A DNA stretch of 64,000 bases from Paraspadella gotoi. Lineage: Eukaryota; Animalia; Chaetognatha. The stretch spans positions 22,076,709-22,140,708 of the forward strand of contig CM119264.1 in the NCBI GenBank assembly GCA_051294375.1, in the 5' to 3' direction. Below, in pieces: positions 38,879-53,200 of this stretch (position 1 is the stretch's first letter; each line of letters opens with the position of its first letter). The notes beneath the pieces are model-generated. The model saw nothing but the letters and a program-made list of their open reading frames with translations. It ran no database searches and was not told where the DNA came from. The translations under genes and the position numbers were made by a program.

Positions 38879-41273
38879 ATTGCATCTCTAAACTACGACG
38901 CAAAGCCTCGCCTCTCTCAATCACTTAGAAAGCTCTATCTCTCATTCCGACTTTACCCGACTCAGACTCTCCCTCAGCCACTTTCGCTCCTCTCCCTCAT
39001 CCAACCCTCTTAACCCTGGCCACAATCTTAACTTCCATCCCTTAATTTTATGCCCAATCGCTGGTTTTCTACATTTCTCTTTCACTCACTCCGCTCTCAG
39101 AACTGCAGGACAAAAATCCGAGTCTCAGCCAAAACCACCCTTGCCCAGTGCCCACCCATCCCTCAACCCCAGCCCGACATTCCTCAACCAAATCCCCATT
39201 AACCAAATCCCTAAACCGCAGCCTAACCGTCCTCAACCCAATCCCCACCAATACCTTAACTCCATCCCCATCTCCATCTCAACCCCATCCCGACCCCACC
39301 CCTCAACACCGTCCTCACCAATCCCCCATCCCCACCCTCTCAAAAATAATCGCGCTCTTACGCTCACTCGTCTTTCCCTAATTCCCGCCCACCAGACAAT
39401 TTCTTCTTGTGTTATGAAAACGATTAATCTCAAAAAAGAAGGAGAAACCAAATTGTTTTCCATTCGTAAAAACCGACGGCGGGAAAAGCTTAATCTTTCT
39501 CTTTTTTTTTTCTTTTTCTTCCCTTTTTTCTTCTTTTTTCTCCCAAATTATTTCTTCCTTTGTTTTTTCCGCTTATTTTCCTCTTTCGCGCCTCTTTAAC
39601 GGTTCGCCCGAGAAATTCGTCGTCTCCTTGCATAAATCATGGGTCCCTCGTAACGCCAACGTGTCCCGTGCATTATTGAAGCGCGGGTTTCACTCTGGCG
39701 CTCACGATCTCTCGCCCGGTGGCGCCTTTCCTTTCCCTCGCTCCTCATCTTTTTGCATCCTTTCCCTCTCTGTCTCGCACCTTAATTCCCCTTTATGCTT
39801 CTCTTTCCATTCACATTCGCTGTCATTTGTAAAACTATTTTATTTTCGCGGCATTCTCGTTTTAAAATCCCCGCATCTCCCGACAATTTCGATCTTACTC
39901 TGAGTACTAGCCTAAGGTGCCTACTTCCTTCTGCTTAAACGAATTTTTTATCCATATTTCTTTCTTTTTGTTCTCCCATCTTCCCCAACCCTTTTTTTTC
40001 TTTTATCCTTATTCTGTATTGTCTACCCGTCCTTTCACACTCTCATACTTCTCATCCTTTTTCTTAACNNNNNNNNNNNNNNNNNNNNNNNNNTCTTAAC
40101 ATCCTCTTATCTTCTTATCCCTTGTCCCCTTCCCTTCTCCCGTCCTCCTTGTTCTTTTGTCCCTGTACTCCACTTTGATCCGCCCAGGACGTCGAGCTCG
40201 AAAACGTACAGAGCCGCTAATCGTGACTTCTGCAAAGAAAATACGATGACAGAAGACGAAAAAAAAATAATTTGACGAGGATGAGAGAGAGAGAAAAAAG
40301 GAGGAAAGGAGATTTCAGGTGAAAAGGAAATGAAGGCGTAAAAAGGAAAGAAATGAGATTCGATGGAGGAAATGAAGTAATTGATTCCTCGCTCTTTCCT
40401 TTTTTTTTTCCGCGATTTCTTTGAGACGAAATTCCCTCCTTTCCGGCACCGGGCGGGTTTTTTCCCGACAGTCGCCGCCCAGCCGCCGACGCGCCGCCGC
40501 CCCGCCCGCCCGGCCGCCCCGCCGACCCCGCCGCCTCCGCCACGACGGCCCTGAGCTACCCAGTGCGATTGTTCCCCGCCGCACCCTGCAGGCTTCTATC
40601 GCGCACTTGCCGCCCCTGCCGCTCCAGGCCCGCAGCGCCCTCCCCACAATCGCCGCCTTTTGCGTGGCTCGCGGAATCTAGGGGATTTTGATTAAAAAAA
40701 GTGGAAAAGCGAATGGAAAATGAAGATAATGGGTTTAGAGGAAACAACACTGTTCTCATACGGAATCGGGATTGCAGCGCTTAAGAAGATTATTATAAGA
40801 AATTGCAGTTTTAAGTCGATTTACAGGTTTTAATTTAGCGCGAATAAGATTTAAAACAATTAGTATGCTAGAAAATTATGTGTTCATTATAGACGTTTAT
40901 TGCGCTGAAATTAAAGAAAGTTTAAAAAAATAAAACCATGAATATCTATAATTCATTTAAAAGAGTAAAGAATTGTAAAAAATAAATATTCAAAAAACCT
41001 AAAAAAAATGTTCAACTCGTGAACTTGAAATTTTTCACGGTAAAATCACGACATATTTGGAAACCTTTTTTTTGAACTACGTCGATGACGTGGAAAGGAT
41101 TCACCTCATTTCACCCGACTTCTCACCCCGCCCACCTTTTCACCTCCCCATCCTTACCCATTCACGACGCGACCACCGTCCGGTTTACGGTTAATGCCTC
41201 CCCATTTACTGGACTCCACAGGGCCCGAGCCGCTGCCCAGAAAAGAGGGGTGGAGGGAAGAAGGGAGAGGGGG

Positions 41274-41525
41274 AAATGAGATTGGAGAGGAATGAAGTGA
41301 GGACGAAGTTAGACTTAAGCTTTAAGGAGGGAGGAAGTTGGAAAAATTGAGATGAGAGGAATGAAGTTAGAACCGAGTGACTTAACCCTTAAGGCAGGGA
41401 GGAAGGGAAATATTGAGATGATAGGAATGAAGCTTAGAACGGAGTGACCTACGCTTAAAGGAGGAGGAAAGGGGAAATGAGACTGAGAGGAATGAAGTAG
41501 AACGAGCTAGGACTTAACGCTTTAG
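41274..41525. repeat. Purine-rich minisatellite of about 65-70 bp, 4 units
   Basis: GAGATGAGAGGAATGAAGTTAGAACGAGTAGACTTAACGCTTAAGG... occurs four times. The same array is at about 52613-52875 and partly at 48379-48420. Confidence 0.85.
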
Positions 41526-44500
41526 GGTCGTTGGAGTGAAGAAGAGTGGGTAATGTAGGACGAATTTGGAGGAAGGGGAAAAATGGAGAGAAATGCAGGG
41601 ACAGGAGACTAGCCATAGGATTTTAGAGCGAGAGATGAGAATGGACTGAGGCGCCCATTTGGAAAACTTTAAAATGCATTATGAAGCGTGGGAGGGAGGG
41701 AAATCGCGAAAGTGCGCGAAATTGGACGGCGCGGGAGTGACGGGGGGCGGGAGCAGAGGGGGGCCGGAAGAGGAGGCGCTTCGGGTCAAGTTTCCCTGCG
41801 GAGATTCCCCGATGTCGACGCTGAGGGTTTTCTTCGTGTTAACCGTGTCGTCCTGCAGCAGAGAGAGAAGCAGAGTGAGAGAGAATGAGGAGACGAGAGG
41901 AGATGAGCAGAAGAGAGAGAGAGAGAGAGAGAGAAGAGGCTGCAAAATAGCCAGACATTATTTCAGCTAATAAAATTTGTATAACGGTGATCGTTTTTAC
42001 AAATACAACATCTCGTCAAAATTAAAATGTGAAATGGACACAGGACGTTGAAAAATTATTTGACCTTATCAATTACGATGACGACGACTACGACATAAAA
42101 AAGATAACAACAACCAAGAAGGCATCCACGCCCTACTTCATTACCTTCGAATAATCGTTTTCGCTCGATAAAATGAAATGAACGTAAAATGAGCGAGCTT
42201 CTTTTGTTTATTATTTCCAGCTCGATGGGAAAAAGAAAAGATAAAAAGTGGAGGAGGGAACGAAAGTAAATAATAAAAGAAATAAAAAAGAAAGAAGAAA
42301 GAAAGAATAAGATGGACCAAGAACGTCGTTCGATATGGTGGCGGCGGGGAGACGACTGGGAAAGGAGCGTGGCATGGCATGCATGGGTGGTTGCGGCGAA
42401 TTGCTTGGATTGCTTCTGTCGCCACCGTCTGGAAATTACATAACCGATATTTCAATACTTTGAATAACATATTTATTACTTGTTATAAATCCCAATTAGA
42501 TCTAAATTTTCTTAATTTTGTTAAATAATTAAAAAAATGTAGAAAGCGGATGCCTTTGGCCTTCGCATTGCATCTCAATGCGATTTTAAAACTATTTGCA
42601 TCCTTAAGAACGTTAGAAGGAGCTATTCCATCCTTATTCCTGGGTCAGAACAAATTTTAATGTTCTCCTCGCTGAGGAATAGTGAAGTTAGGGATTTTGA
42701 GGGTATTTGTGTCCCCGGCCGCAGGCGTAGCCTGTTTCGTTTAATCGGTCCCCCTCGTCCACATCCGCCAATTTTACGATCCGCCTCGTCGTTTCGCGGT
42801 TTTACGCCGAAAGGAGAGAGAGAGAGAGAGAGAGACAGAGATGCAGGAGATGAGAGGAGAGAGAGAGAGAGAGTTGTGTTTTGTTCTTGTCTGATGTTTC
42901 GCATTACGATTGTTATGTTGTCGTGGTGACCGTTTAAGGCGGGGAGTCTGTTTCAAGTAGATTTGGTCAAATTATTCACTCTCTACGTTACGACAACAAG
43001 TTCTAGCAATGACCCTTGCTAATGAAAAATTATTGGATTGACCCAAATTAAATATATAACTTTACTCAATACACGCCAAAATTTACGCAAAATTTACTGT
43101 TCAAAATATTGAAACTTTCGACGTACTTCGGAACATTCTAAATTTATATTACTAATAAACCTATTCCAAAATTTTTTATTATGTATTATTTTCGACGATT
43201 TATTGTGAATCTTCCCACTACCCCCAAATGTGTATAGCAAGACCCTCACTAATTGCTCAAAAGTTATAACAATAAACTTAGTGTATCTACTTCACTGGAA
43301 TAAATAATGCATTTTTTTTCCAAAAATACCGACCCAAACTTTCAAATTGAAACCTAACCCGACGGACCTCGCGAACACTAGTATGTTAGTATAGTTACAT
43401 ACGCAGCATTCACTTTGAACCGCCCCCTTCTTCTCCGAACGTCCCACCCCGCGCGAGGTTAATTGCTGGTATCCAATTAAGTTCGCGCATTCGCCGTTCG
43501 TCGACTTTCGTCGCTCGTCGTTCATCATCGACGCCATCGTCGTCGTCCTGCGTCTTCTGGTTGCCGAGAGTTGGGAGGCGGGAGACGCGAAATGCGGCGT
43601 CGTAGAAACGCGATTTATCGACGACCGCCGCTGGGGGGCGGAGAGGGGCGGGAGTACACGGGGATGAGGTTTAGTTAGGGATGGTGGAGTGGGCACGAGG
43701 TTAATGGAGGATTGACAAAAAGTGGGTCAAAGCAGTTTCAAATGTTTTTGTCGTGGACGTAGTCGTCTATATTTTAGATTTTTTTTTTTATCCTGATATT
43801 GGCCCCTTTTCATACTCGGCTAAGAAACGACAGACTTGACCAACCTTCCATTAGTACGATGCTTAAAATTACGACGTTTTAAAAAACGAAATAAATAAAA
43901 AAATAATAAAATTAAAGACGCGGTCTGAATTTAAGCTTTTCGCGGTAAGACAATAAGATGTACCGGACCTCACTCAGTAATACAATGGCAGGGATCTTTT
44001 TTGTGTCACTCGTTATGAGTCACTGGGGGAGAGATTGATAAAAAAAAAAGGAAAGAGAGGAGAGTTGCGAAAGAAAGTAGAAAAAAAGAAAATTAGAAAA
44101 AAGAAAGAAACAAAAAAAAAAGAAAAGAGAAAAAATTAAAATGGGAAACCTTGAAAAAAAAAATGTCAGTCTATGGACACGCCCAAAATGGTTCTCAATG
44201 AAGAGCCGGCGCCCGTCGAGGAGAAAGGGTTGGAAGCGATGGAGTCAGAATAGAATGGTGAGTTGAGGGTGAATGAAGTTGAGTTCACTGTGAGAAGTAT
44301 TGAGTTTGAGGGAGAACCATGCTTGTGATAGAGCATTGTGAATAGGCGAACATAAAATGGGAGAGGAATGAGAAAGAGTTCAAATGATTGAAGGCGTTGT
44401 TGGTTTTTCTAACGGTTATTAGAGATTTAGAGTAGGCATTAGATTGCTGCATCAAAAAAGGATAAAATGGACCGGGGACATAGGGTATCAATTGCATAAA

Positions 44501-45986
44501 ATAATCTCAAGATTAACATATTATATATATTAAGTATTAATATTGAAAGATTCAAAAAAGCCTAAGAGTGAATACTGAATATATGTTTAACCAAAAGTCG
44601 AGAAGGGCGAAAGAGAGCAGAAGACGGTGGGGTAAGAAAAAGGATCAATATTAAAAGAGTCGCAACTCAAACCCCGAATGAGGGGTGTCTTATAGAGTCA
44701 ACGGCGAACGGAAAGATAAAATCACGAGTGGACGACCGAGGCGGAATTCCGAACCTCCATTCTGGCTGCCAAACTTTTTTATGCGACTCGCCATTATTTT
44801 AAATTTATTATTATTATTTTCGGGTTTCATCTTTTTCTTTCCCTTTTTTTTCGTCTTTTCCCGGAAGTTTCTTTTTCAGTTCGTGTGATTTTTCTATTGT
44901 GGTGGTGACGAATTATGTACCCTAAACGACATATGTTAACTGTCTTATCTTCCATCGTCGGAAGCGACAAAAAAAAAAACACAACTTTAAAACGAAAAAG
45001 AATCGGGTGATTTCGTTATTTTTCTGTCGCTTTAATTTTATTCATATTTTTTTTTTCCTCTTCTGATGCCCCCTTCTCTCACTCTTATTTCAACCTCTCT
45101 CTACTCTCTAAATCTCTCTCTTCATCTCTCTCTCTCTCTCTCTCTCACTCTCTCTCTCTCTCACCCGCAGAACAAATATTCCGCAGCTAATCTGTTGTGT
45201 CATCTCTGTTCTATATTTTCGGCGTTTTGTCTTTTTTTCCTTCGTCAGCGAAATCTTGATTTCTTTCTTCTTTTTCTAAATCAAACAAACTAAGTTTTTA
45301 TCGGAGTTATTTTTTTCGATCAATTCAACATTTGAAATAGTGAAATTATTTAATTAAATAGTTGAGTAATAATAAATTAACATTTAAAAAAAGTATTTAC
45401 GTATTCTATAACATTTAATGCGATCCTTTTTTTTTGTTTTTCATTCCAGACGGAGGAAAGGATTCGGTTTGGCATCCATTTACCGGCCCTTCCACCCCCC
45501 CACCTGGCAAACGAGTGAAGTGCGAGAGAGAGAGAGAGAGCCTGTTGAGAGATGAGAGTACGAGAGAGGAGGAGAGAGAGAGAGAGAGAGAGAGACTGAA
45601 ATTGCACCGCGAAGGACAACCAAAGAGACAAGCGAAAGAAGGAAAAAATTGTGTCGGTCTCTTGACGTGGAACGTCATCAATGAAACAAGATAAAAAAAA
45701 TTATTGCATTTGTTGGAGCAAAAGAAATCAAAAGAAGCATCGATGAAGAGACAGTAACGAGAGTAAAATACTATAATTTCAAATTTCACTCAAAAATGCG
45801 AATGATTACAGTTTCTCACAAAAAGCTTTAACATACATTCACGATCTTCATGGTGTTTTTAAAGGCCAACATCATCACTTCAAACGCTTTCCTCCCACAC
45901 TAGGCTTCATCCACCTCCAGGTCTTAAACTTGAGCAATGCCTGCAACAGCGTCCGCCATTCCGCCATTCTCGCCATTCCGTTCCCG

Positions 45987-46259
45987 TTACCGGACGCCAC
46001 CGCACATGACCGCCAAGCGACGAAATACCGAATTGCCGGACGCCGACCGTACCCGGCGCCGGTTTTGAGCTCCGGCGTTGCACGATCCTTGGGCGCTAGT
46101 AGCACACGAAAGAGCTCCTTTTCCGCCCACGTGGAATGGTCCGCATGAGCCGCTGAACTTCCTTGCTCCGGGGCGACGCAGCCAACGGGGCGAATGATGC
46201 TCCCCGTCCGCGCGTGGATTCGTATTGGCATAGATCCTGGCGAGGATGGGGCACGTGTC
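45987..46259 (-). pseudogene. Frameshifted duplicate of the Ly6/quiver-like terminal exon (probably sequencing errors, not a true pseudogene)
   Basis: Aligns to 57254-57517 with many 1-bp indels. Its upstream exon is absent because the sequence jumps to another repeat copy at about 47027. Confidence 0.6.
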
Positions 46260-47026
46260 CTGTTAGGCAGTCGAGGTTGAGGGGAGTTAAAAAATGCGAG
46301 AAGGATCAGAAATTAAATCATTATATTGTTCTTGTTCTGATAAACTAGGATATTAAAATGACTAAAGTTTCCTTGTTTAATTGAATAATGAATAGGTCTT
46401 AAAAAATCATGCGTCCTCTAAAAATTGTAAAAACAGAACCGAAAGTCAGCTACTACTATTAAAACCTTGAGTGAAAGCAAAAGAGGAAAGAAGAAGGAAA
46501 GAAAAAAACACAGAAAAAGGAGGGACGAAAATTTCTCTCCTTCTGCGTTACTAAAAGAATGTTGTGGACTCCATAAAAGTTAAGGAAACTACATGGCGGA
46601 GCAAAGAAGAGAAAAAGAAAAGGATAAGGAGTAAAGAAAGAAACAAGTCGGTTATAGCCGACACAAAAAAACTTTTTCTTATCACCTTTCTTTTTTTTTT
46701 TAATTTCGCCGGTTAAGAAAAAGAGAAAAAATTAAATGAGGGAATAATGGAAAAAAGAATTGACAAAGAAAGAAAGAGAAAAGGACAAGAAGATAGTAGA
46801 GAAACGGAGAAAGGAATGAGACAAATGCGAATACAGGCGAAAAAGTTTCCTGCTCAGGAAATTCGAGAATTAATCGGTTTATGTGAGAAAACCAATCACA
46901 ATCATTAAAATGATTCTTCATGTTTCCATACATAGATAATATAACGTTTTTTGTTTTATCCTCCTTTTAGATTAGTCCTTATGTTGCTTAAGTTATATTA
47001 TTTTTTATTTGGTATACAATCTCTCT

Positions 47027-49640
47027 CTCTCTCATACTTCTCATCCTTTTTCTTAACATCCTCTTATCCTCTTATCCCTTCGTCCCCTCCCTTTCCCGTC
47101 CTCTTGTTCTTTTGTCCCTGACTCCACTGATCCGCCAGGACGTCGAGCTCGAAAAACGACAGAGCCGCTAATCGTGACTTCTCAAGAAAATCACCGATGA
47201 CGAAGACGAAAAAAATAATTTGACGAGGGAGAGAGAGAGAGAAAAAAAGGAGGAAAGGAGATGAGGGGAAAAGAAATGAAGGCGTAAAAAGGAAAGAAAT
47301 GAGATTCGATGGAGGAAATGAAGAATTGATTCCTCCGCTCTTTCCTTTTTTTTTTTCCGCGATTTCTTTGAGGCGAAATTCCCTCCTTCGGCACCGGCGG
47401 GTTTTTTCCCGACAGTCGCGCCCAGCCGCCCGCGCCCGCCGCCCCGCCCGCCCCGCGCCCCGCCGCCACCCCGCGCCTCCGCACGCGCGCCCTGAGCTAC
47501 TCCAGTGCGATTGTTTCCCCGCCGCACCCTGCAGCTTCTACTCGCCACTTGCCGCCCCCTGCCGCTCCCAGCCGCAGCGCCCTCCCCACCATCGCCGCCT
47601 TTTGCGTGGCTCGCGGAATCTAGGGGATTTGATTAAAAAAGTGGAAAAGCGAATGGAAAATGAGATAATGGGTTAGAAAAACGGTTCTCATGACGGAATG
47701 GGATTGCAGCTGCTAAAGAAGATTATTAAGAAATGAGTTTTAAGTCGATTCAGGTTTTAATTTAGCGGAATAAGATTTTTAAAACAATTAGTATGTAGAA
47801 AATATGTTTCAATATAGACGTTTATTGGCTGAAATTAAAAAAAGTTTAAAAAATAAAACCATGAATATCTATAATTCATTAAAAGAGTAAGAATTGTAAA
47901 AAATAAATATTCAAAAAACCTAAAAAAAAATGTTCAACTCGTGAACTTGAAATTTTTCACATAAAATCACGACATATTTGGAACCTTTTTTTTGAACTCG
48001 TCGATGAGTGAAGGTTCACCTCATTCACCCGACTCTCACCCCGCCCACCTTTTCACCTCACCCTCCTTACCCATTCCACGAGCGACCACGTCCGGTTTTA
48101 CGGTAATGCCTCCCATTACTGGACTCCCAGGGTCCCGAGGCGGTGCCAGAAAAGAGGAGTGNNNNNNNNNNNNNNNNNNNNNNNNNNNNNNNNNNNNNNN
48201 NNNNNNNNNNNNNNNNNNNNNNNNNNNNNNNNNNNNNNNNNNNNNNNNNNNNNNNNNNNNNNNNNNNNNNNNNNNNNNNNNNNNNNNNNNNNNNNNNNNN
48301 NNNNNNNNNNNNNNNNNNNNNNNNNNNNNNNNNNNNNNNNNNNNNNNNNNNNNNNNNNNNNNNNNNNNNNNNNNNNNNATGAGAGGAATGAAGTTAGAAC
48401 GAGTAGACTTAACGCTTAGGGGCGGAGTGAAGAGGTGGTAATGAGGACGAATTGGGAGGAAGGGGAAAATGAGAGAAATGCAGACAAGGAGACTAGCATA
48501 GGATTTTAGAGGGAGAGAGAAATGGACTGAGGCGCCCATTGGGAACTTTAAAATGAATGAGCGGGGNNNNNNNNNNNNNNNNNNNNNNNNNNNNNNNNNN
48601 NNNNNNNNNNNNNNNNNNNNNNNNNNNNNNNNNNNNNNNNNNNNNNNNNNNNNNNNNNNNNNNNNNNNNNNNNNNNNNNNNNNNNNNNNNNNNNNNNNNN
48701 NNNNNNNNNNNNNNNNNNNNNNNNNNNNNNNNNNNNNNNNNNNNNNNNNNNNNNNNNNNNNNNNNNNNNNNNNNNNNNGAGAGAGAGAGAGAGAGAGAGA
48801 GAGAGGGCTGCAAAATAGGCAGACATATTTTCGAGTAATAAAAATTTTGTATAACGGTGATCGTTTTTACAAATACAAACATCGTTCAAAATTAAAATGT
48901 GAAATGGAAAGGAGTTGAAAATTATTTGACTTATCAATTACGATGACGACGACTACGACATAAAAAAGATAACAACAACCAAGAAGGATCCACGCCTACT
49001 TCATTACCTTCGATAATCGTTTCGCTCGATAAAACTGAAATGAACGTAAAATGAGCGAGCTTCTTTGTTTATTATTTCCAGGCTCGAGGGAAAAAGAAAA
49101 AGATAAAAAGTGGAGGAGGGAACGAAATAAATAATAAAAAGAAAATAAAAAGAAAGAAGAAAGAAAGAATAAGATGGACCAGAACGTCGTTCGATATGGT
49201 GGGGGCGGGAGACGATGGAAAGGAGCGTGGCATGGCATGGCATGGGTGGTTGCGGCGAATTGGTCTTGGTTGCTTCTGTCGGCCACCGTCTGGAGGATTA
49301 CATAACGATATTTCAATACTTTGAATAAATATTTATTACTTGTTATAAATCCCAATTAGATCTAAATTCTAATTTGTTAAATAATAAAAAAAATGTAGAA
49401 AGCGATGCCTTTGGCTTCGCATTGCAATTCTCAATGCGATTTTAAAACTATTTGCATCCTTAAGACGTTAGAAGGAGCTATTCGCATCCTTATTCCTGGG
49501 GTCAGAACAAATTTTATGTTCTCCTCGCTGAGAATAGTGAAGTAGGGATTTTGAGGGTATTTGTGTCCCCCGGCCGCAGGCGAGCCTGTTTCGTTTAATT
49601 CGGTCCCCCTCGGTCCACATCCGCCATTTTACGATCGCTC
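47027..49640. repeat. Third, partial copy of the duplicated block (matches about 40039-42786 and about 51421-54139)
   Basis: Shared anchors CCAGGACGTCGAGCTCGAAAA, GCGTGGCTCGCGGAATCTAGGG and GTCCCCGGCCGCAGGCG. It contains N gaps where the other copies have sequence. Confidence 0.9.
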
Positions 49641-49669
49641 NNNNNNNNNNNNNNNNNNNNNNNNNCGAT

Positions 49670-50131
49670 TGGAAGGGAAATGTGAGGATTTTCGTCTTTA
49701 TATCGCATTTTGTAGCTTTTGCCATCGAAAACGAAAAGTTTTTGATACCGTTACTTGATACCGTTCCACTCTTTTACGCTGTTTAATGATACTGCTTACT
49801 GATACACGTTCCAACTCATTTTTACGCTGTTAAGATATTCAATTAAGTTAATTTCGTTTTTGTTATTAATTTAAAAAAGTTTTTGTTATTAATTAAAAAA
49901 AAAAAAGCTTATTTTATCACACTATTCATGTTGTCTTGCACACTTTTGAAACATTTTTTTGAATGAATTATTATTAAAATTTACAAAATGCATTTATTAA
50001 AAAAAAAACGAGAAAATTAAATTAAAAGAAATAAAGTTGGCGATCGTCGTTAGAAGCGCACATCGTGATTCATGTAAACCGAGTGATCCGGTGAGGCCAT
50101 AGCGTATTCGATTCTCTTTTTGAGAGAGAGA

Positions 50132-50167
<36 letters not shown>

Positions 50168-50178
50168 CAGACCGAGAG

Positions 50179-50216
<38 letters not shown>

Positions 50217-53200
50217 TTATGCATCTCTAAACTACGACGCAAAGCCTCGCCTCTCTCAATCACTTAGAAACTCTATCTTCTCATTCCGACTTTACCCGAC
50301 TCAGACTTCTCTTCAGCCACTTTCGCTCCTCTCCTCATCCAACCCTCTTAACCCTGGCACAATCTTAACTTCCATCCCTTAATTTTATGCCCAATCGCTG
50401 GTTTTCTACATTTCTCTTCACTCACTCCGCCCTCTCAGAACTGCAGGGACAAAAATTCCGAGTCTCAGCCAAAACCACCTTTGCCCAGTGCCCACCCATC
50501 CCTCAAACCCAGCCCGACATTCCTCAAACAAAATTCCCATCTCTAAACAAATCCCTAAACCGCAGGCCTAACGCCTCAACCCAATCCCCACAATACCTTA
50601 ACTCCATCCCCATCTCCATCTCAACCCCATCCCACCCACCTCAACACCGTCCTCACAATCCCCCATCCCCACCCTCTCAAAAATAATCGCGCATCCTTAC
50701 GCTCACTCGTCTTTCCTAATTTCCCGCCCACCAGACAATTTTCTTCTTTGTGTTATGAAAAACGATTATCTTTCAAAAAAGAAGGGAGGAAAACCAAAAT
50801 TGTTATTTTCCATTTGTTAAAAACCGACGGCCGGAAAAGCTTAAATCTTTCTCTTTTTTTTTCTTTTCTTTTCCCTTTTTTCTTCTTTTTTCTCCCAAAA
50901 TTATTTCTTCCTTTGTTTTTTCCGCTTATTTTCCTCTTTTCGCGCCTCTTTAACGGTTCGCCCGAGAAATTCGTCGTCTCCCTTGCATAAAATCATGGGT
51001 CCCTCGTAACCCGCCAACGTGTCCCGTTGCATTATTGAAGCGCGGGTTTCCCACTCTGCGCTCTCGACTCTCGCCCGGTGGCGCCTTTCCTTTCCTTCGC
51101 TCCTCATTCTTTTTGCAGCCTTTCCCTCTTCTTCTCGCCACCTTAAATTCCCCTTATGCTTCTCTTTTCCATTTTCACATTTCGCTGTCATTTGTAAAAC
51201 TATTTTATTTTCGCGGGCATTCTCAGTTTTAAAATCCCCGCATACTCCCGACAATTTGATCTTACTCTGAGTACTAGCCTTAAGTGCCTACTTCCTTCTG
51301 CTTATCTGCTTAAACGAATTTTTATCCATTATTTCTTTCTTTTTGTTCTCCCATCTTCCCCAACCTTTTTTTTCTTTTATCTTCATTTTCTGTATTGCTT
51401 ATTTATACCCGTCCTTTCACACTCTCATACTTCTCATCCTTTTTTCTTAACATCCTCTTATCTTCTTATCCCTTCGTCCCCTTCCCTTTCCCGTCCTCTT
51501 GTTCTTTTGTCCCTGTACTTCCACTTTGATGCCGCCAGGACGTCGAGCTCGAAAACTACAGCAAGCCGCTAATCGTGACTTCTCAAGAAAATCACGATGA
51601 CAGAAGACGAAAAAAAAATAATTTGACGAGGGATGAGAGAGAGAGAAAAAAAGGAGGAAAGGAGATGAGTGAAAAGAAATGAAGGCGTAAAAAGGAAAGG
51701 AAATTGAGATTCGATGGAGGCAAATGAAGAATTGATTCCTCGCTCTTTCCTTTTTTTTTTCCGCGATTTCTGAGCGAAATTCCCTCCTTCGGCACCGGGC
51801 GGGTTTTTTTTTCCCGGACAGTCGCCGCCCAGCCGCCGCGCGCCCGCCGCCCCGCCGCCCGGCCGCCCCGCCACCCCGCCGCCTCCGCCACGACGCCCCT
51901 GAGCTACCCAGTGCGATTGATTCCCCGCCGCACCCTGCAGGCTTCTACCGCACTTGCCGCCCCTGCCGCTCCCAGGCCCGCAGCGCCCTCCCCAACATCG
52001 CCGCCTTTTGCGTGGCTCGCGGAATCTAGGGGATTTGATTAAAAAAGTGGAAAAGCGAATGGAACAATGAAGATAATGGGCTTAAGAAAAACCAGCGCTT
52101 CTCATACGGAATCGGGATTGCAGCGCTAAGAAGATTTATAAGAAATTGCAGTTTTAAGTCGATTACAGGTTTTAATTTAGCGCGAATAAGATTTAAAACA
52201 ATTAGTATGTAGAAAATATGTGTTCATTATAGACGTTTATTGGCTGAAATTAAAGAAAGTTTAAAAAAAATAAAACCATGAATATCGTATAATTCATTAA
52301 TAAGAGTAAGAATTGTTAAAAAATAAATATTCAAAAAAACCTTAAAAAAAATGTTCAACTCGTAGAACTTGAAATTTTTCACGTAAAATCACGACATATT
52401 TGGAACCTTTTTTTTGAACTACGTCGCATGAGTGAAGGGATTCACCTCATTTCACCCGACTTCTCACCCCGCCACCTTTTCACCTCCCCTCCTTACCATT
52501 CCACGAGCGCGACCACCGTCCGGTTTACGGTAATGCCTCCCATTACTGCGACTCCACAGGGCCCGAGTCGGCTGCCAGAAAAGCAGGGGTGGAGGGAAGA
52601 AGGGAGTAGGGGAAAATGAGATGAGAGGAATTGAAGTGAGGAACGAGTTTAGACTTAACGCTTTAAGGGAGGGAGGAAGGGAAAAAATTGGAGATGAGAG
52701 GAATGAAGTTTAGAACGAGTAACTTAACGCCTTCAAGGGCAGGGAGGAAGGGGGAAATATTGAGAATGATAGGAAGAAGTTAGAACGGAGTAGAACCTAA
52801 CGCTTAAAGGAGGAGGAAGGGGGAAATGAGACTGAGAGGAATGAAGTTTAGAACGAGCTAGGACTTAACGCTTTAGGGTCGTTGGAGTGAAGAAGAGTGG
52901 GTAATGTAGGACGAATTTGGAGGAAGGGGAAAAATGGAGAGAAATGCAGGGACAGGAGACTAGCCATAGGATTTTAGAGCGAGAGATGAGAATGGACTGA
53001 GGCGCCCATTTGGAAAACTTTAAAATGCATTATGAAGCGTGGGAGGGAGGGAAATCGCGAAAGTGCGCGAAATTGGACGGCGCGGGAGTGACGGGGGGCG
53101 GGAGCAGAGGGGGGCCGGAAGAGGAGGCGCTTCGGGTCAAGTTTCCCTGCGGAGATTCCCCGATGTCGACGCTGAGGGTTTTCTTCGTGTTAACCGTGTC

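Larger units (their letters stand above)
38265..46986. repeat. Copy 1 of an approximately 8.6-kb duplicated block (copy 2 at about 49670-58213)
   Basis: Collinear throughout at an offset of about 11.2-11.4 kb. ORFs 41659-41970 and 53010-53321 are identical, as are 42141-42470 and 53492-53821. Confidence 0.95.

Noticed and set aside
38940-39345. C/A-rich degenerate CCTAA/CCCTAA-like tract as telomeric sequence (also about 6085-6150 and 59340-59410)
   Set aside because: There is no run of exact telomere repeats; it is only low-complexity strand bias.
41274-41525. Repeats of about 65-70 bp as a repeat-spacer array
   Set aside because: The whole unit is repeated, and the differences are indel noise, not spacers.
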